From: Candidatus Moraniibacteriota bacterium | GTDB taxonomy: Bacteria > Patescibacteriota > Minisyncoccia > Moranbacterales > UBA2206 | NCBI GenBank assembly: GCA_003543115.1 | Contig: DPJH01000036.1 | Coordinates: forward strand, 9,182-73,181 | Length of the DNA stretch: 64,000 nt | Direction of reading: 5' to 3' | Part shown: positions 1 to 9,931 of the stretch, piece by piece | How the letters are laid out: every line of letters begins with the position of its first letter | Position numbering within the stretch: the stretch's first letter is position 1 | Translations under genes and position numbers: made by a program | Notes under the pieces: generated by a model | Databases searched by the model: none | What the model was told of the DNA's origin: nothing | Seen by the model: the letters and a program-made list of their open reading frames with translations, nothing else

Positions 1-206
1 GCATCCATCAGTCGCACCTGTTTCATTACTGAGTTTTCTTTACCGCCCTTTATCAAAATAATTTCTTCTGGATTAATATCGGATAAATCAAGTTTCGAAA
101 CAGAATATACTTGCCTATATCCGGATCCTTTTTCTTCGGTAGGGAGATTAAAATGTCTATGATATTTAGCGGTAATTTTAAAGAATTCATACACTAAGTC
201 TTTCAT
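1..206 (-). CDS. Hypothetical protein, 5' part only (runs off the window edge)
   Basis: ATG at 206 preceded by GGAGAA; frame MKDLVYEFFKITAKYHRH... stays open to position 1; upstream sigma70 promoter. Confidence 0.6.
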   Translation of the reverse strand, partial: MKDLVYEFFKITAKYHRHFNLPTEEKGSGYRQVYSVSKLDLSDINPEEIILIKGGKENSVMKQVRLMD

Positions 207-308
207 GGTTTTCTCCTTTTCGAATTTTGAGCCCGATAGTGGACGAGGTGATAAATTGTCGATGAACTTGTTAAGATGTGTTTCTTTGTTATTTCATCTT
301 AACAAGTA

Positions 309-337
309 AGTATACCAGAAAAATGGTCAAGGGTCAA
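309..337 (-). promoter_or_regulatory. Sigma70 promoter for the leftward gene
   Basis: TTGACC-17 bp-TATACT with an extended -10 TG on the minus strand. Confidence 0.65.
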
Positions 338-556
338 TTATTATGTCTAGTGATTATTTGTTAAATATGACAAAAATTCAATAAAATAGGGATAAAATCA
401 GTAATATATTGATAGTCGTTTGTAGATGTCAAGATTATTGACTATTTTGGGGGATGTGGTAAGATGGGGTTATAATTGAGTATTTTCACACCCCCTCTTT
501 AATTCTCCCCCTCAAAGAGGAGGAGAGGATAGGGTGCGTAGCTCTATATAAATATC

Positions 557-1336
557 ATGAATCATTTAATTGAACCATTGAAAAATCTAGGTTTATCCGA
601 GAAAGAAGTCTTGGTTTATTTGGCGTTGCTTCAATTAGGCTCAGCTACTCCTTACCAAATCGCCAAAAAATCCGGCATTAAAAGGCCCACTGCTTATGTC
701 ATTGCTGAGGATTTGGTTAAAAAAGGCTTAATCGTGCATGTGCCCGGGGAAGAAAAGAAAAGATATATCGCCAAATCGCCAGAAGCTTTTATAGAGGAGC
801 GAGAAGAAAAGCTTATGGCAGCCAAGCAAATATTGCCGGAACTTAAATCATTTCAAAAAAATAGCGAACAAAAAGCTAGTATTATGTATTTTGAAGGAAT
901 GGAGGGTTTGAAACAGGCTTATCAATATAAAGAAAAAGAATTGCACAACAAAGAAATAGTAGGATTTTTCGCTTCCAATGAGGACGCCACGCCAGAAGTG
1001 AATGATTTTTTTATGAAATGGAATGAATACAAAGAAAAAAATAATACTAAAGTGCGCGGAGTAACCGTAGATACGCCGCTCTTGAAATCTTTTGATAAAT
1101 TTATCAATAAAGATATGCACACTATTACGGCCAAATTTCTACCGGAAAGCATGTATAGCGCCAAAATCTCTATTGAAGCGTGTGACGACCAATTTGTCCG
1201 AATCTTTCTTTATGAAAGCGTAGAAACATTAATTGTGGAGTCTCCCAAATTCACCAAGGCAATCAAAGAAATTTTTGAACTGGTCTGGAAAAGCCTAGAA
1301 GGAAAATACGATTCACCCTCCACCTGGGAAAAATAA
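557..1336 (+). CDS. TrmB-family transcriptional regulator
   Basis: N-terminal LGLSEKEVLVYLALL...IAKKSGIKRPTAY winged HTH; C-terminal sensor domain ending FELVW. Confidence 0.85.
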   Translation: MNHLIEPLKNLGLSEKEVLVYLALLQLGSATPYQIAKKSGIKRPTAYVIAEDLVKKGLIVHVPGEEKKRYIAKSPEAFIEEREEKLMAAKQILPELKSFQKNSEQKASIMYFEGMEGLKQAYQYKEKELHNKEIVGFFASNEDATPEVNDFFMKWNEYKEKNNTKVRGVTVDTPLLKSFDKFINKDMHTITAKFLPESMYSAKISIEACDDQFVRIFLYESVETLIVESPKFTKAIKEIFELVWKSLEGKYDSPSTWEK

Positions 1337-1438
1337 TTTTTAAAATTGTTCTTGAATTTTCCGATTCCGAATGCTAAAATAAATAATAAAAGTTGCATGT
1401 ACTACGAACTATAAACTACTAACCATAAACTAAACGCT

Positions 1439-2158
1439 ATGTCAGGACATTCACATTGGGCAGGAATAAAACATAAAAAGGGCTTAAACGATGCTAAAAG
1501 GGGCAAGGTTTTCACTAAACACGCCAAGATGATCACCATTATGTCTCGAGATGGCGGAGGCAAGCCGGAAATGAATTTCCAGTTGCGCCTAGCCATTGAT
1601 CGGGCGCGTTTGGATAATATGCCTAGGGAAAACATAGAGCGCGCCATCAAAAAAGGCACCGGCGAGCTCAAGGACGGAGCGGAAATCACTGAAATCATCT
1701 ATGAAGGCATCGGACCTGGAAATGTCATGATGCTTGTCAAAACCGCGACTGACAATCGAAACAGGACAGTTAGTGAGATCAAGAGCATCTTCACTAAGGC
1801 CGGAGGGAAATTAGGCGAGATGGGAAGTTCGATGTGGAATTTCAAAAAAGTAGGCAATATCGTAATTCCTGTTTCAGAAGGCGAAGATCCATACGCCGTC
1901 GAAGAAAAAGCTATTGATGCCGGAGCGGAAGATACGCTCTATGAAGACAGCTCGCTCATTGTCTACACTCTTCCGGAAAATTTGAAAAGCGTACAGGAAA
2001 ACCTGGAAAAAATGGGAATGAAAATCGAAGATGCAGGTCTCGTTTATGCACCTTTGCAAAAAACCACCCTTTCCACTGAAGCACAAATCGATTATGAGAA
2101 ACTTCTTGAAACGCTTGATGAGCAAGATGATGTGCAGGAAATTTTCGATAATTTATAG
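1439..2158 (+). CDS. yebC: YebC/PmpR family protein
   Basis: MSGHSHWAGIKHKKG, YEGIGPG, TDNRNRT, DDVQEIF motifs. Confidence 0.95.
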   Translation: MSGHSHWAGIKHKKGLNDAKRGKVFTKHAKMITIMSRDGGGKPEMNFQLRLAIDRARLDNMPRENIERAIKKGTGELKDGAEITEIIYEGIGPGNVMMLVKTATDNRNRTVSEIKSIFTKAGGKLGEMGSSMWNFKKVGNIVIPVSEGEDPYAVEEKAIDAGAEDTLYEDSSLIVYTLPENLKSVQENLEKMGMKIEDAGLVYAPLQKTTLSTEAQIDYEKLLETLDEQDDVQEIFDNL

Positions 2159-2188
2159 TCATAAAATTCATATCTAATCGATACGGCC

Positions 2189-2216
2189 ATAGCTTCTTTT
2201 TTAAAGAAGCTATTTT
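2189..2216 (+). terminator. Intrinsic terminator after yebC
   Basis: ATAGCTTCTTT/AAAGAAGCTAT stem followed by T-run. Confidence 0.55.
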
Positions 2217-2285
2217 GTCGCACATGATAAAAATTCACTTCTTAAAATCTATTTTTAAGACTATAATAGTAAGTAAGAGAATATT

Positions 2286-2801
2286 ATGGATAAAAAATTA
2301 ACCACCCAGGTTTCTGGCGTACGGGTTCTCGGCATTGATCCCGGTACCGCAACCGTAGGCTGGGCTATTATCGAAGAAATAAATGGCGTTTTATGCCCGA
2401 TAGCTTTTGGCCATATTTCTACGGAAAAAGACAAGAGTGAAGAAAATCGTCTGTGTGAAATTTCTTGCGACATTCAAAATATTATTGAAAAATATAAACC
2501 TCAAGAGGCTGCAGTGGAACAATTATTTTTTTTTAAAAACAAAAAAACCATCATCAGTATCGGACAATCCAGAGGAGCCATCCTATTGACTCTGGAGCAG
2601 AAAAATGTTAGCATATCCAGTTATACTCCGCTCCAAGTGAAACAGTCTGTAACGGGTTATGGCAAGGCAGAAAAAAGACAAATTCAGCTTATGGTAAAAA
2701 GTATCCTAAAATTAAAATCCATTCCTAAGCCTGATGACGTTGCTGATGCTATTGCTGTTGCAATTTGCCACATAAATAGCCGCAAAATTAATAATTTATA
2801 A
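2286..2801 (+). CDS. ruvC: Holliday junction resolvase RuvC
   Basis: LGIDPG, AVEQLFF, PDDVADAIAVA catalytic motifs; follows yebC. Confidence 0.95.
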   Translation: MDKKLTTQVSGVRVLGIDPGTATVGWAIIEEINGVLCPIAFGHISTEKDKSEENRLCEISCDIQNIIEKYKPQEAAVEQLFFFKNKKTIISIGQSRGAILLTLEQKNVSISSYTPLQVKQSVTGYGKAEKRQIQLMVKSILKLKSIPKPDDVADAIAVAICHINSRKINNL

Positions 2802-2810
2802 CCTTCACCT

Positions 2811-3467
2811 ATGGAAACAACTATCAGTCCTATTATAAAATTCTTTATTCTGCAGGGCGTTCCTATGGAAACTATTATTCTTATCCTGATGCTCCCTCTC
2901 ATTGCTACTTTTATAGCCTTTTTACGGCAAGTAGTAGGAATTAAGGCTTTTGGAATATACACTCCGCTCATCATCACCTTTGCGTTCCTCGCCACCAATG
3001 GACTGCGCTATGGAATCGCTATTTTCCTGGTTATTCTTTTTTTAGGCATGCTTATGCGTTTTATGCTAAAGCCTTTCCGTCTGCTCTATCTTCCTCGAGT
3101 AGCTATAATGCTTACAGTGGTAGCCCTATTTATTCTTTTATTCTTATTTTTCGGAGGCGTCATACAAAGAACCGGACTGGCTTCTGTCTCCATCTTTCCC
3201 ATAGTCATTATGATCACATTAGTAGAAAAATTCGTTTCTGTTCAAATTGAAAAAGGCGACAGAACCGCTCTTATTTTGGCTTTTGAAACCCTTATAATAT
3301 CCATAATTGGTTTTTACATAGCCAGTTGGGGAACACTACGCACCATGCTATTATCCTATCCATGGCTAATCCTGCTCACCATTCCAATCAACATAATCAT
3401 TGGAAAATGGACCGGACTTCGCATCAGTGAATATATCCGTTTTCGCAATATTCTTAAAAAGCTTTAA
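2811..3467 (+). CDS. Stand-alone 7TM domain of the inactive-transglutaminase type
   Basis: LRQVVGIKAFGIYTP, LLYLPRVA, FPIVIMITLVEK and GKWTGLRISEYIRF motifs; directly upstream of an ATP-grasp ligase. Confidence 0.8.
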   Translation: METTISPIIKFFILQGVPMETIILILMLPLIATFIAFLRQVVGIKAFGIYTPLIITFAFLATNGLRYGIAIFLVILFLGMLMRFMLKPFRLLYLPRVAIMLTVVALFILLFLFFGGVIQRTGLASVSIFPIVIMITLVEKFVSVQIEKGDRTALILAFETLIISIIGFYIASWGTLRTMLLSYPWLILLTIPINIIIGKWTGLRISEYIRFRNILKKL

Positions 3468-3470
3468 TCT

Positions 3471-4877
3471 ATGTTTCAGTTTTTCAAAAATAGCAAAAAA
3501 CTTCTCGGCATGAATTCAAGAAATCTTGAATTTATTCGGCCTTATAATCTTCGAGGTGCCAAGAGATTGGCTGATGATAAGCTTCTCAGCAAAAAAATTC
3601 TCAGAAAAAATGAAATTGCTATTCCCAGGCTTATCGCTAAAATAAAAACTATTGAAGATTTAGAAAATTTTGATTGGCAAAGCCTTCCCACCAGTTTCGC
3701 CTTGAAGCCTAGCCGAGGTTTTGGAGGAGAAGGAATCGTTGTGGTTTATGGAAAGAAAAAAAACAGAAATGATGCTTGGATAAAAGCCGATCGTTCTATT
3801 GTCACCATAGATGATCTGCGAAATCACATAAGAAACATTCTTGACGGATCTTTTTCGCTTTCCAATACGCCAGATGTAGCTTTTTTCGAAGAACGCTTGC
3901 AGCTGCTCAAGCTTTTTAAGCCTTATTGCTATAAGGGCATACCGGATATCCGTATTATTGTTTTTAATAAAGTTCCGATTATGGCTATGCTAAGACTTCC
4001 CACTAAAGAATCCCATGGAAAGGCTAATTTACAGCAAGGAGCCGTGGGAGTGGGAATTGACATGGCCACTGGCGTCACCACCACTGCTATCCAAGGCAAA
4101 AGCAGTTTCATTGAAAAAATTCCCGACACAGAACTTTCCGTTAGCGGACTTAAAATTCCCTACTGGAAAGATATGCTGACACTGGCTGTCAAAACCCAAA
4201 AAATTTCTAAATTAGGTTTTTTGGGAGTGGATGTGGCGATTGATAAGAATCTCGGACCTGTCATCCTTGAACTTAATGCCCGCCCAGGACTTTCTATTCA
4301 AGTAGCTAATTTAGCAGGACTTGCGGAAAGACTCAAAAGAGTTTCCGGATTAAAAATACAGACTATTGCCAAAGGAGTGCGCATGGGAATGGATCTTTTT
4401 GGAGGAGAGATTGAAGAAGAACTAGAGGAAATTTCCGGAAAAAAAGTAATTGGAACAATCGAAAAAGTGAGGCTCATGGGAAAAAACGGAAAAGAAATTG
4501 AAGTTGAAGCTAAAATTGACACAGGAGCGTTTTCCACTTCTATTGATACAAAAATTGCTCTAGAATTAGGATTTGAAGATGTTTTAAAATACTTTTCTTC
4601 TCTTGATTTGCCTAAAAATTTTTCCAGAGAGGAATCAAAAAAAATAGAAGAGGATCTCAAAAGAAAATATCTTGAAAAACATCCTGATTTAGCTGATATA
4701 ATTATAATATATTCTTCCAGCGGAGTTTCAGTGCGCCCTAAGATAAAAATTTCTTTTATTCTAGATGGAATAACTATTACATCCAAGGTTAATGTCATTG
4801 ACCGCAGCGAATTAAATTATTCTGCTATTATAGGAAAACAAGATTTAAGAAAATTTTTAATTGATGTAAATAAATAA
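3471..4877 (+). CDS. Alpha-L-glutamate-ligase-like ATP-grasp enzyme fused to a C-terminal RimB-like pepsin-fold protease
   Basis: LGMNSRN, LADDKL, KPSRGFGGEGI, GIPDIRII, ANLQQG, LELNARPGLSIQ; C-terminal EAKIDTGAFSTSID...IIGKQDL. Confidence 0.85.
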   Translation: MFQFFKNSKKLLGMNSRNLEFIRPYNLRGAKRLADDKLLSKKILRKNEIAIPRLIAKIKTIEDLENFDWQSLPTSFALKPSRGFGGEGIVVVYGKKKNRNDAWIKADRSIVTIDDLRNHIRNILDGSFSLSNTPDVAFFEERLQLLKLFKPYCYKGIPDIRIIVFNKVPIMAMLRLPTKESHGKANLQQGAVGVGIDMATGVTTTAIQGKSSFIEKIPDTELSVSGLKIPYWKDMLTLAVKTQKISKLGFLGVDVAIDKNLGPVILELNARPGLSIQVANLAGLAERLKRVSGLKIQTIAKGVRMGMDLFGGEIEEELEEISGKKVIGTIEKVRLMGKNGKEIEVEAKIDTGAFSTSIDTKIALELGFEDVLKYFSSLDLPKNFSREESKKIEEDLKRKYLEKHPDLADIIIIYSSSGVSVRPKIKISFILDGITITSKVNVIDRSELNYSAIIGKQDLRKFLIDVNK

Positions 4878-4883
4878 TGCCAG

Positions 4884-5798
4884 ATGAAAAAGATCCTACT
4901 TATCGGAATTGGGGAAGAAAATAATCCCAGCCAAAAAATAATAATTGCTCTCAAAAAACAAAAGATCCCCTATATATACACCAAATGGTCCAATCTGTCT
5001 TTTCAAGGAGAAAATGTTTATATGGGATTGGAAACAATCAACTTTAAAAACATAAGATCTGTCATATTTGATATTTTCCGTTTTCCTATAATAAAAAAAG
5101 AAAACAAAGAAGAGATCAATTACAATCTAGAAAATGAATTCAATGTATTACTCAACCTGATTAAAGAAAAAGGGATCTACACTCCAAATCAATCTTTTTT
5201 TTCACAATACCCTTTTTATAATAAATTTTCGCAAATGCACGTCTTTGCTTCAAAAAAAATCCCTTCTATACCTACTGTCCATCTTTGTGACAATAAAAAA
5301 GAAAAGGTCTTTAACTTATTAAAACAGCTCGCCCCCTCTTTTCCTTTGGTGGTAAAAGAAAGTTATGGGGGGGGTGGAAATAATGTTTGGAAAGTAAAGA
5401 CAAAAAAAGAATTGGAGAATTTTATTGAAAAGAGAAGGAATGTAAATATTGTTTTTCAGCCTTACATAAAAAATGATGCGGACTATAGGGCGATTGTCAT
5501 AAACGGAGATTGTCTTGGTATAATGAAACGAAGCGCGCAAAAGGGGCAATGGAAAAATAACTTTTCTCTAGGCGGAAAGGTGGAAAAATATGCAGATAAA
5601 AAAATGGAACGTTTTGCTGTTATGGTTTGTAAAAAATTAGGGCTTGAAATGGCTGGTCTGGATATTCTTTCCACAAAAAATGGCTTTGCAATAATTGAGA
5701 TTAACCTATTTTTCGGGCTTGATGGCTTTCAGTCAGTTTATCCTGAAATAAATGTAGCGGAAAAAATAATCAATTTTGTTAATACTAAAGTTATATGA
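4884..5798 (+). CDS. RimK-like ATP-grasp ligase
   Basis: FPLVVKESYGGGGNNV, DYRAIV, WKNNFSLGG, AGLDIL, IIEIN. Confidence 0.85.
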   Translation: MKKILLIGIGEENNPSQKIIIALKKQKIPYIYTKWSNLSFQGENVYMGLETINFKNIRSVIFDIFRFPIIKKENKEEINYNLENEFNVLLNLIKEKGIYTPNQSFFSQYPFYNKFSQMHVFASKKIPSIPTVHLCDNKKEKVFNLLKQLAPSFPLVVKESYGGGGNNVWKVKTKKELENFIEKRRNVNIVFQPYIKNDADYRAIVINGDCLGIMKRSAQKGQWKNNFSLGGKVEKYADKKMERFAVMVCKKLGLEMAGLDILSTKNGFAIIEINLFFGLDGFQSVYPEINVAEKIINFVNTKVI

Positions 5799-6754
5799 AA
5801 AAAGTAATGATCCTTTTCGGAAAAAGCAATTGGCAAAAAGCCAAGCCTTTTTCCAATAAGGAATATCAATATTCATATGAATATTTTTATTCTTTATGCA
5901 AAAAAAATGAGATTCAGATGTATCGCGCTTCTTATCAGTGGTACGATTATAAAAATCATGTTTTTAAATATGCTTGGATTTATGAGGGAGAAAACGGAAA
6001 TTGGAAAAAAGTTAAAAATATCAAACCTGATTTGATTTATGATAAAACCAAGGCTCGCATGGAAACATATTATATGAAAGAATTGATAGGAGAAAATTAT
6101 CCATTCATCAATAATCAGCTTTTTACGAGGCTTATTGATGATAAATTCACCACCAGCCTAATTTTTTCCGATTGGAGCAAAAAAAATTGGCTTATAAAAA
6201 ATACCTCTGAACTAAGGGATGTTCTTCCCAAAATAAAAACAACGAAAATCGTTATTAAGCCTCTTATGGAAAGCGGCGGCAATGGAGTCCAGGTTTTGTC
6301 CAAAAAAGAAGCTTTGAAAAAAGCCTGTCTTCAGGAAACTAATTTAGTTCAAGAGTTCATTGATTCTTCAAAAGGAGTTCCTAATATCAGCCATTCCATG
6401 CATGATTTGCGCATAGTTATGGTTAATGAAAAAATTATTTATGCCTATATCCGAGAGCCGAAAAAGGGAAGTTATTTAGCCAACCTTGCTCAAGGCGGCT
6501 CTTTAAAAATCGTACCCAAAGAAAAACTCCCAAAATCTATTCTTCCTATAATAAAATCTGTCAATGAAATTTTGTCTTCTTTTAACCCAAGGGTTTTTTC
6601 TATAGACTTTATGTTTGATGAAAATAAAAAACCTTGGATTGTTGAACTTAATTCTATGCCGGGACTCTTTTTCACTTCAGAAGAAAAGCCTTATATGCTA
6701 GAAATGTATCAAGAATTATTAAATGTTTTTAAAAAAGAATTAAATTTGATTTAA
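5795..6754 (+). CDS. ATP-grasp ligase (RimK/YheCD-like)
   Basis: VIKPLMESGGNGV, HDLRIV, LANLAQGG, SIDFMFD, VELNSMPG. Confidence 0.8.
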   Translation: MKKVMILFGKSNWQKAKPFSNKEYQYSYEYFYSLCKKNEIQMYRASYQWYDYKNHVFKYAWIYEGENGNWKKVKNIKPDLIYDKTKARMETYYMKELIGENYPFINNQLFTRLIDDKFTTSLIFSDWSKKNWLIKNTSELRDVLPKIKTTKIVIKPLMESGGNGVQVLSKKEALKKACLQETNLVQEFIDSSKGVPNISHSMHDLRIVMVNEKIIYAYIREPKKGSYLANLAQGGSLKIVPKEKLPKSILPIIKSVNEILSSFNPRVFSIDFMFDENKKPWIVELNSMPGLFFTSEEKPYMLEMYQELLNVFKKELNLI

Positions 6755-6760
6755 TTTCGT

Positions 6761-7249
6761 ATGCCAAGGATAATTAAAAAATTATCTGCTAAAGATAATT
6801 TGATTCTTCTTAAAATGCATAATAAAAATTTTTCTTCTTCTTATTGGGAAGAGGATAATTGGAATCACTTTTTATCACCCGACAGAAAGTCTCTTATGTG
6901 TGCCATTAAAAAGAAGGGTGCTTACGCAGGTTTTATAATGGGAAAACCCACACAAGCAAGCTGTTCTGTCATGCTCCTCAATACTCTGCTTGTAGCGCCT
7001 GCTTATAGAAAAAATGGCTATGGAAAAAGGCTGGTTGCTTTCTTTTTAAGCACTGCCTTTTCCATTCCTCAAACAAGGAAAGTGATTTTGCATTTTCGAG
7101 ATTCAAATAAAAAAATTCTTCTTCCTTTTTATAAGAAACTGGGCTTCGGAAATCATTCGATCAGGGGTTTTTATACTAATGGAGAGCTCAAGCATTATAT
7201 GTCCCTAACAAAAAAATGTTTCCTCAAAGAATCAAAAAGCCTTAGCTAA
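6761..7249 (+). CDS. GNAT-family N-acetyltransferase
   Basis: Acetyl-CoA motif VAPAYRKNGYGKRL and FYKKLGF. Confidence 0.85.
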   Translation: MPRIIKKLSAKDNLILLKMHNKNFSSSYWEEDNWNHFLSPDRKSLMCAIKKKGAYAGFIMGKPTQASCSVMLLNTLLVAPAYRKNGYGKRLVAFFLSTAFSIPQTRKVILHFRDSNKKILLPFYKKLGFGNHSIRGFYTNGELKHYMSLTKKCFLKESKSLS

Positions 7250-7357
7250 AAACAAGGTTTTTTTGTATACTAGTCATATAAGAACTTTTCTTGTCTAATT
7301 GTTTGAAAAGTCTTTCATTTTACTGTAAAATATAAAGAATATTAAAGTAATAATTTT

Positions 7358-9895
7358 ATGTATATTTTTTCACCTAAAAGCTCAAATAATGATTTTTCCA
7401 GAAATTTTCCACAAAAAAAATTCAAAATAAACTGGAAACTATTAAGAAAAATCTTTCTTTATTCTTTTATTGCAGGAATGCTTTTAGTGGTAGGAATTTT
7501 TGCTTGGTTCGCCAAAGACCTTCCCAGTCCTGGAAAGGTCAATACTCGCGTGGTGGCAGAATCCACGAAAATTTATGATCGCACCGGAGATCATATTCTC
7601 TATGACATCCACGGAGAAGAGAAAAGAACACAAATATCTTTTAATGACATTCCAGAAACACTGCGCTATGCCACTATTTCTCTGGAAGACCAAAATTTCT
7701 ACAGCCATCCCGGCTTTGATATTAAGGGTCTTGTTAACGCGGTTATGTCTAACATACTAAAAGTGGGCGGCGGAAGAGGCGGTTCAACCATTACGCAGCA
7801 ATTTGTTAAAAATTCACTTCTGTCCGGAGAAAGGTCATTATCTCGCAAAGTAAAAGAGTTGATTTTGGCTATAGAAATTGAAGTTAAATTCTCTAAAGAT
7901 GAGATTTTGGGAATGTACCTTAATGAAATCCCTTATGGATCAAATGCTTATGGCATAGAAGCTGCTGCCCAAACTTTTTTTGGCAAGCATGCATCCGAGC
8001 TTACACTCGACGAGGCAAGCCTTTTAGCTTCTCTTCCCCAAGCTCCTTCTTATTATTCTCCTTATGGAAGCCACACAGATGCTCTTCGCGGCAGGCAAGT
8101 ATATGCTTTGTCTCAAATGAAAAACCTTGGCTATATAACAGAAGAGCAATTTATAGCTGCTAAAGAAGTGGATGTTTTAGATAAGATAAAGCCCTCCTCA
8201 GAAAACATTTCTGCTCCTCATTTTGTAATGTATATCAAAGAATATTTGGAAAAAAACTATGGGAAGCAGGTTCTTGAGCAGGGAGGACTAAAAGTCTACA
8301 CCACTCTTGACTGGGACAAGCAACAAATAGCGGAACAAGCAGTTAGAGAAGGAGCTGAATCCAACACTAAAAAATATAAAGCAGAAAATGCCGCTTTTGT
8401 AGCTATGGACCCTAAAACCGGACAGATTTTAGCCATGGTAGGAAGCAAAGATTATTTCGATAAGTCTATCGACGGACAAGTAAATGTTTCTATTCGAGAG
8501 CGCCAACCAGGCTCATCATTCAAGCCCTTTGTCTATCTTACCGCTTTCAAAAAAGGCTACTTGCCAGAAACTCAACTTTGGGATGTAGATACGAATTTTT
8601 CTGTTGACAGCGAAAAAGATTATAATCCTAAAAATTATGACGGAAAAAATCATGGATTGCTTCAAATGAAAGATGCTCTGGCAATGTCTCTTAATGTTCC
8701 CGCCGTTAAAACTCTTTATCTTGCAGGAATTAATGATTCTATCACCACCGCCAAATCTCTTGGCATAACTACGCTTAATAAGCCTGATAATTATGGCCTT
8801 TCTCTTGTTCTTGGCGGTGGAGAGGTAACGCTTCTAGATCATGTAAACGCGTATGGAACCCTAGCTACCGGAGGAATTCATCATAATAAAACCGGCATCT
8901 TAAGAATATCTGATTCGTCCGGAAAAGTTCTTGAAGAATATAAGGAAGATCCGGGTGAACGAGTCATTGAAGAAAAATATGTAGCTATGCTTGATTATAT
9001 ACTATCTACCAATTCTCTTCGCGAATCGGTTTTTGGAAAAAATAATCCATTAAGCTTTTCTGACCGCCCTGTGGCCGCTAAAACGGGCACCACAAACGAA
9101 TGGCGTGATGGTTGGACACTTGGATACACTCCGTCTATTGCAGCTGGCGTCTGGGCAGGAAATAACGATAATACTATTATGGCTCCAGGAGCTGATGGGG
9201 TTCTTGTCGCTGCTCCTATTTGGAGAAAATTTATGGATAATGTTCTAAAAAACTATACCATTGAAGATTTTCCTAAATATGAAGAGGAAAAGGATGTAGA
9301 AAAGGATATTTTAAAAGGCAAATTAGATCCGACAGGGAAAATAGAAGTGTGTAAAATAAAAAAGGATAAGTATTGTTTAGCCAGTGACGCTTGTCCTGAC
9401 GGATATTCAGAGAAAAAAGAGTTTTTTTCCGGTCATAATATTTTATGGTATGTGGATAAAAAAGATCCCCGAGGAGACACGCCTAAAAAACCTGAAGATG
9501 ACCCCCAATATAAAAACTGGGAAAAGGCCGTTCAAAAGTATGCTGAAAAAAATAAAGATTTTAAAAAAGATTCCGCCCCTACTGAAAAATGCGAGTCTGA
9601 TGATTTTTCAAATATAGAGCCTTCTGTTGAAATAAAAAATCCTTCTAATGAATCTACCATAACATCTTTCAATTTCAATATTAGTGCTTATGGATCCTCG
9701 CCTTTTGACATAGATAAGATAACTTTATATATAAATGGCGACGAGGTGGCTTCTAATAGCGGCTCTAAAATTGATTATGAATACAAAGTGCCTTCCGAAA
9801 AGAACAATTCTGACTTAGAAATAAAAGCCACAGTGAAAGACGGAAATAACTCATCAAAATCTACCAATATAAAGGTGCATATTGCCATTCCTTAG
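7358..9895 (+). CDS. Class A penicillin-binding protein (PBP1A family) with C-terminal Ig-like domain
   Basis: N-terminal TM; transglycosylase EDQNFYSH, GGSTITQQ, RKVKE; transpeptidase SSFK, SLN, KTG. Confidence 0.95.
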   Translation: MYIFSPKSSNNDFSRNFPQKKFKINWKLLRKIFLYSFIAGMLLVVGIFAWFAKDLPSPGKVNTRVVAESTKIYDRTGDHILYDIHGEEKRTQISFNDIPETLRYATISLEDQNFYSHPGFDIKGLVNAVMSNILKVGGGRGGSTITQQFVKNSLLSGERSLSRKVKELILAIEIEVKFSKDEILGMYLNEIPYGSNAYGIEAAAQTFFGKHASELTLDEASLLASLPQAPSYYSPYGSHTDALRGRQVYALSQMKNLGYITEEQFIAAKEVDVLDKIKPSSENISAPHFVMYIKEYLEKNYGKQVLEQGGLKVYTTLDWDKQQIAEQAVREGAESNTKKYKAENAAFVAMDPKTGQILAMVGSKDYFDKSIDGQVNVSIRERQPGSSFKPFVYLTAFKKGYLPETQLWDVDTNFSVDSEKDYNPKNYDGKNHGLLQMKDALAMSLNVPAVKTLYLAGINDSITTAKSLGITTLNKPDNYGLSLVLGGGEVTLLDHVNAYGTLATGGIHHNKTGILRISDSSGKVLEEYKEDPGERVIEEKYVAMLDYILSTNSLRESVFGKNNPLSFSDRPVAAKTGTTNEWRDGWTLGYTPSIAAGVWAGNNDNTIMAPGADGVLVAAPIWRKFMDNVLKNYTIEDFPKYEEEKDVEKDILKGKLDPTGKIEVCKIKKDKYCLASDACPDGYSEKKEFFSGHNILWYVDKKDPRGDTPKKPEDDPQYKNWEKAVQKYAEKNKDFKKDSAPTEKCESDDFSNIEPSVEIKNPSNESTITSFNFNISAYGSSPFDIDKITLYINGDEVASNSGSKIDYEYKVPSEKNNSDLEIKATVKDGNNSSKSTNIKVHIAIP

Positions 9896-9896
9896 T

Positions 9897-9925
9897 TTGA
9901 CAAAACATAAAAAAAGGAGTATACT
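9897..9925 (+). promoter_or_regulatory. Near-consensus sigma70 promoter with no downstream ORF
   Basis: TTGACA-17 bp-TATACT. Confidence 0.75.
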
Positions 9926-9931
9926 GAAAAT

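Noticed and set aside
2811-7249. Graspetide RiPP cluster
   Set aside because: No short precursor ORF or transporter, and the ligases resemble RimK and glutamate-ligase types
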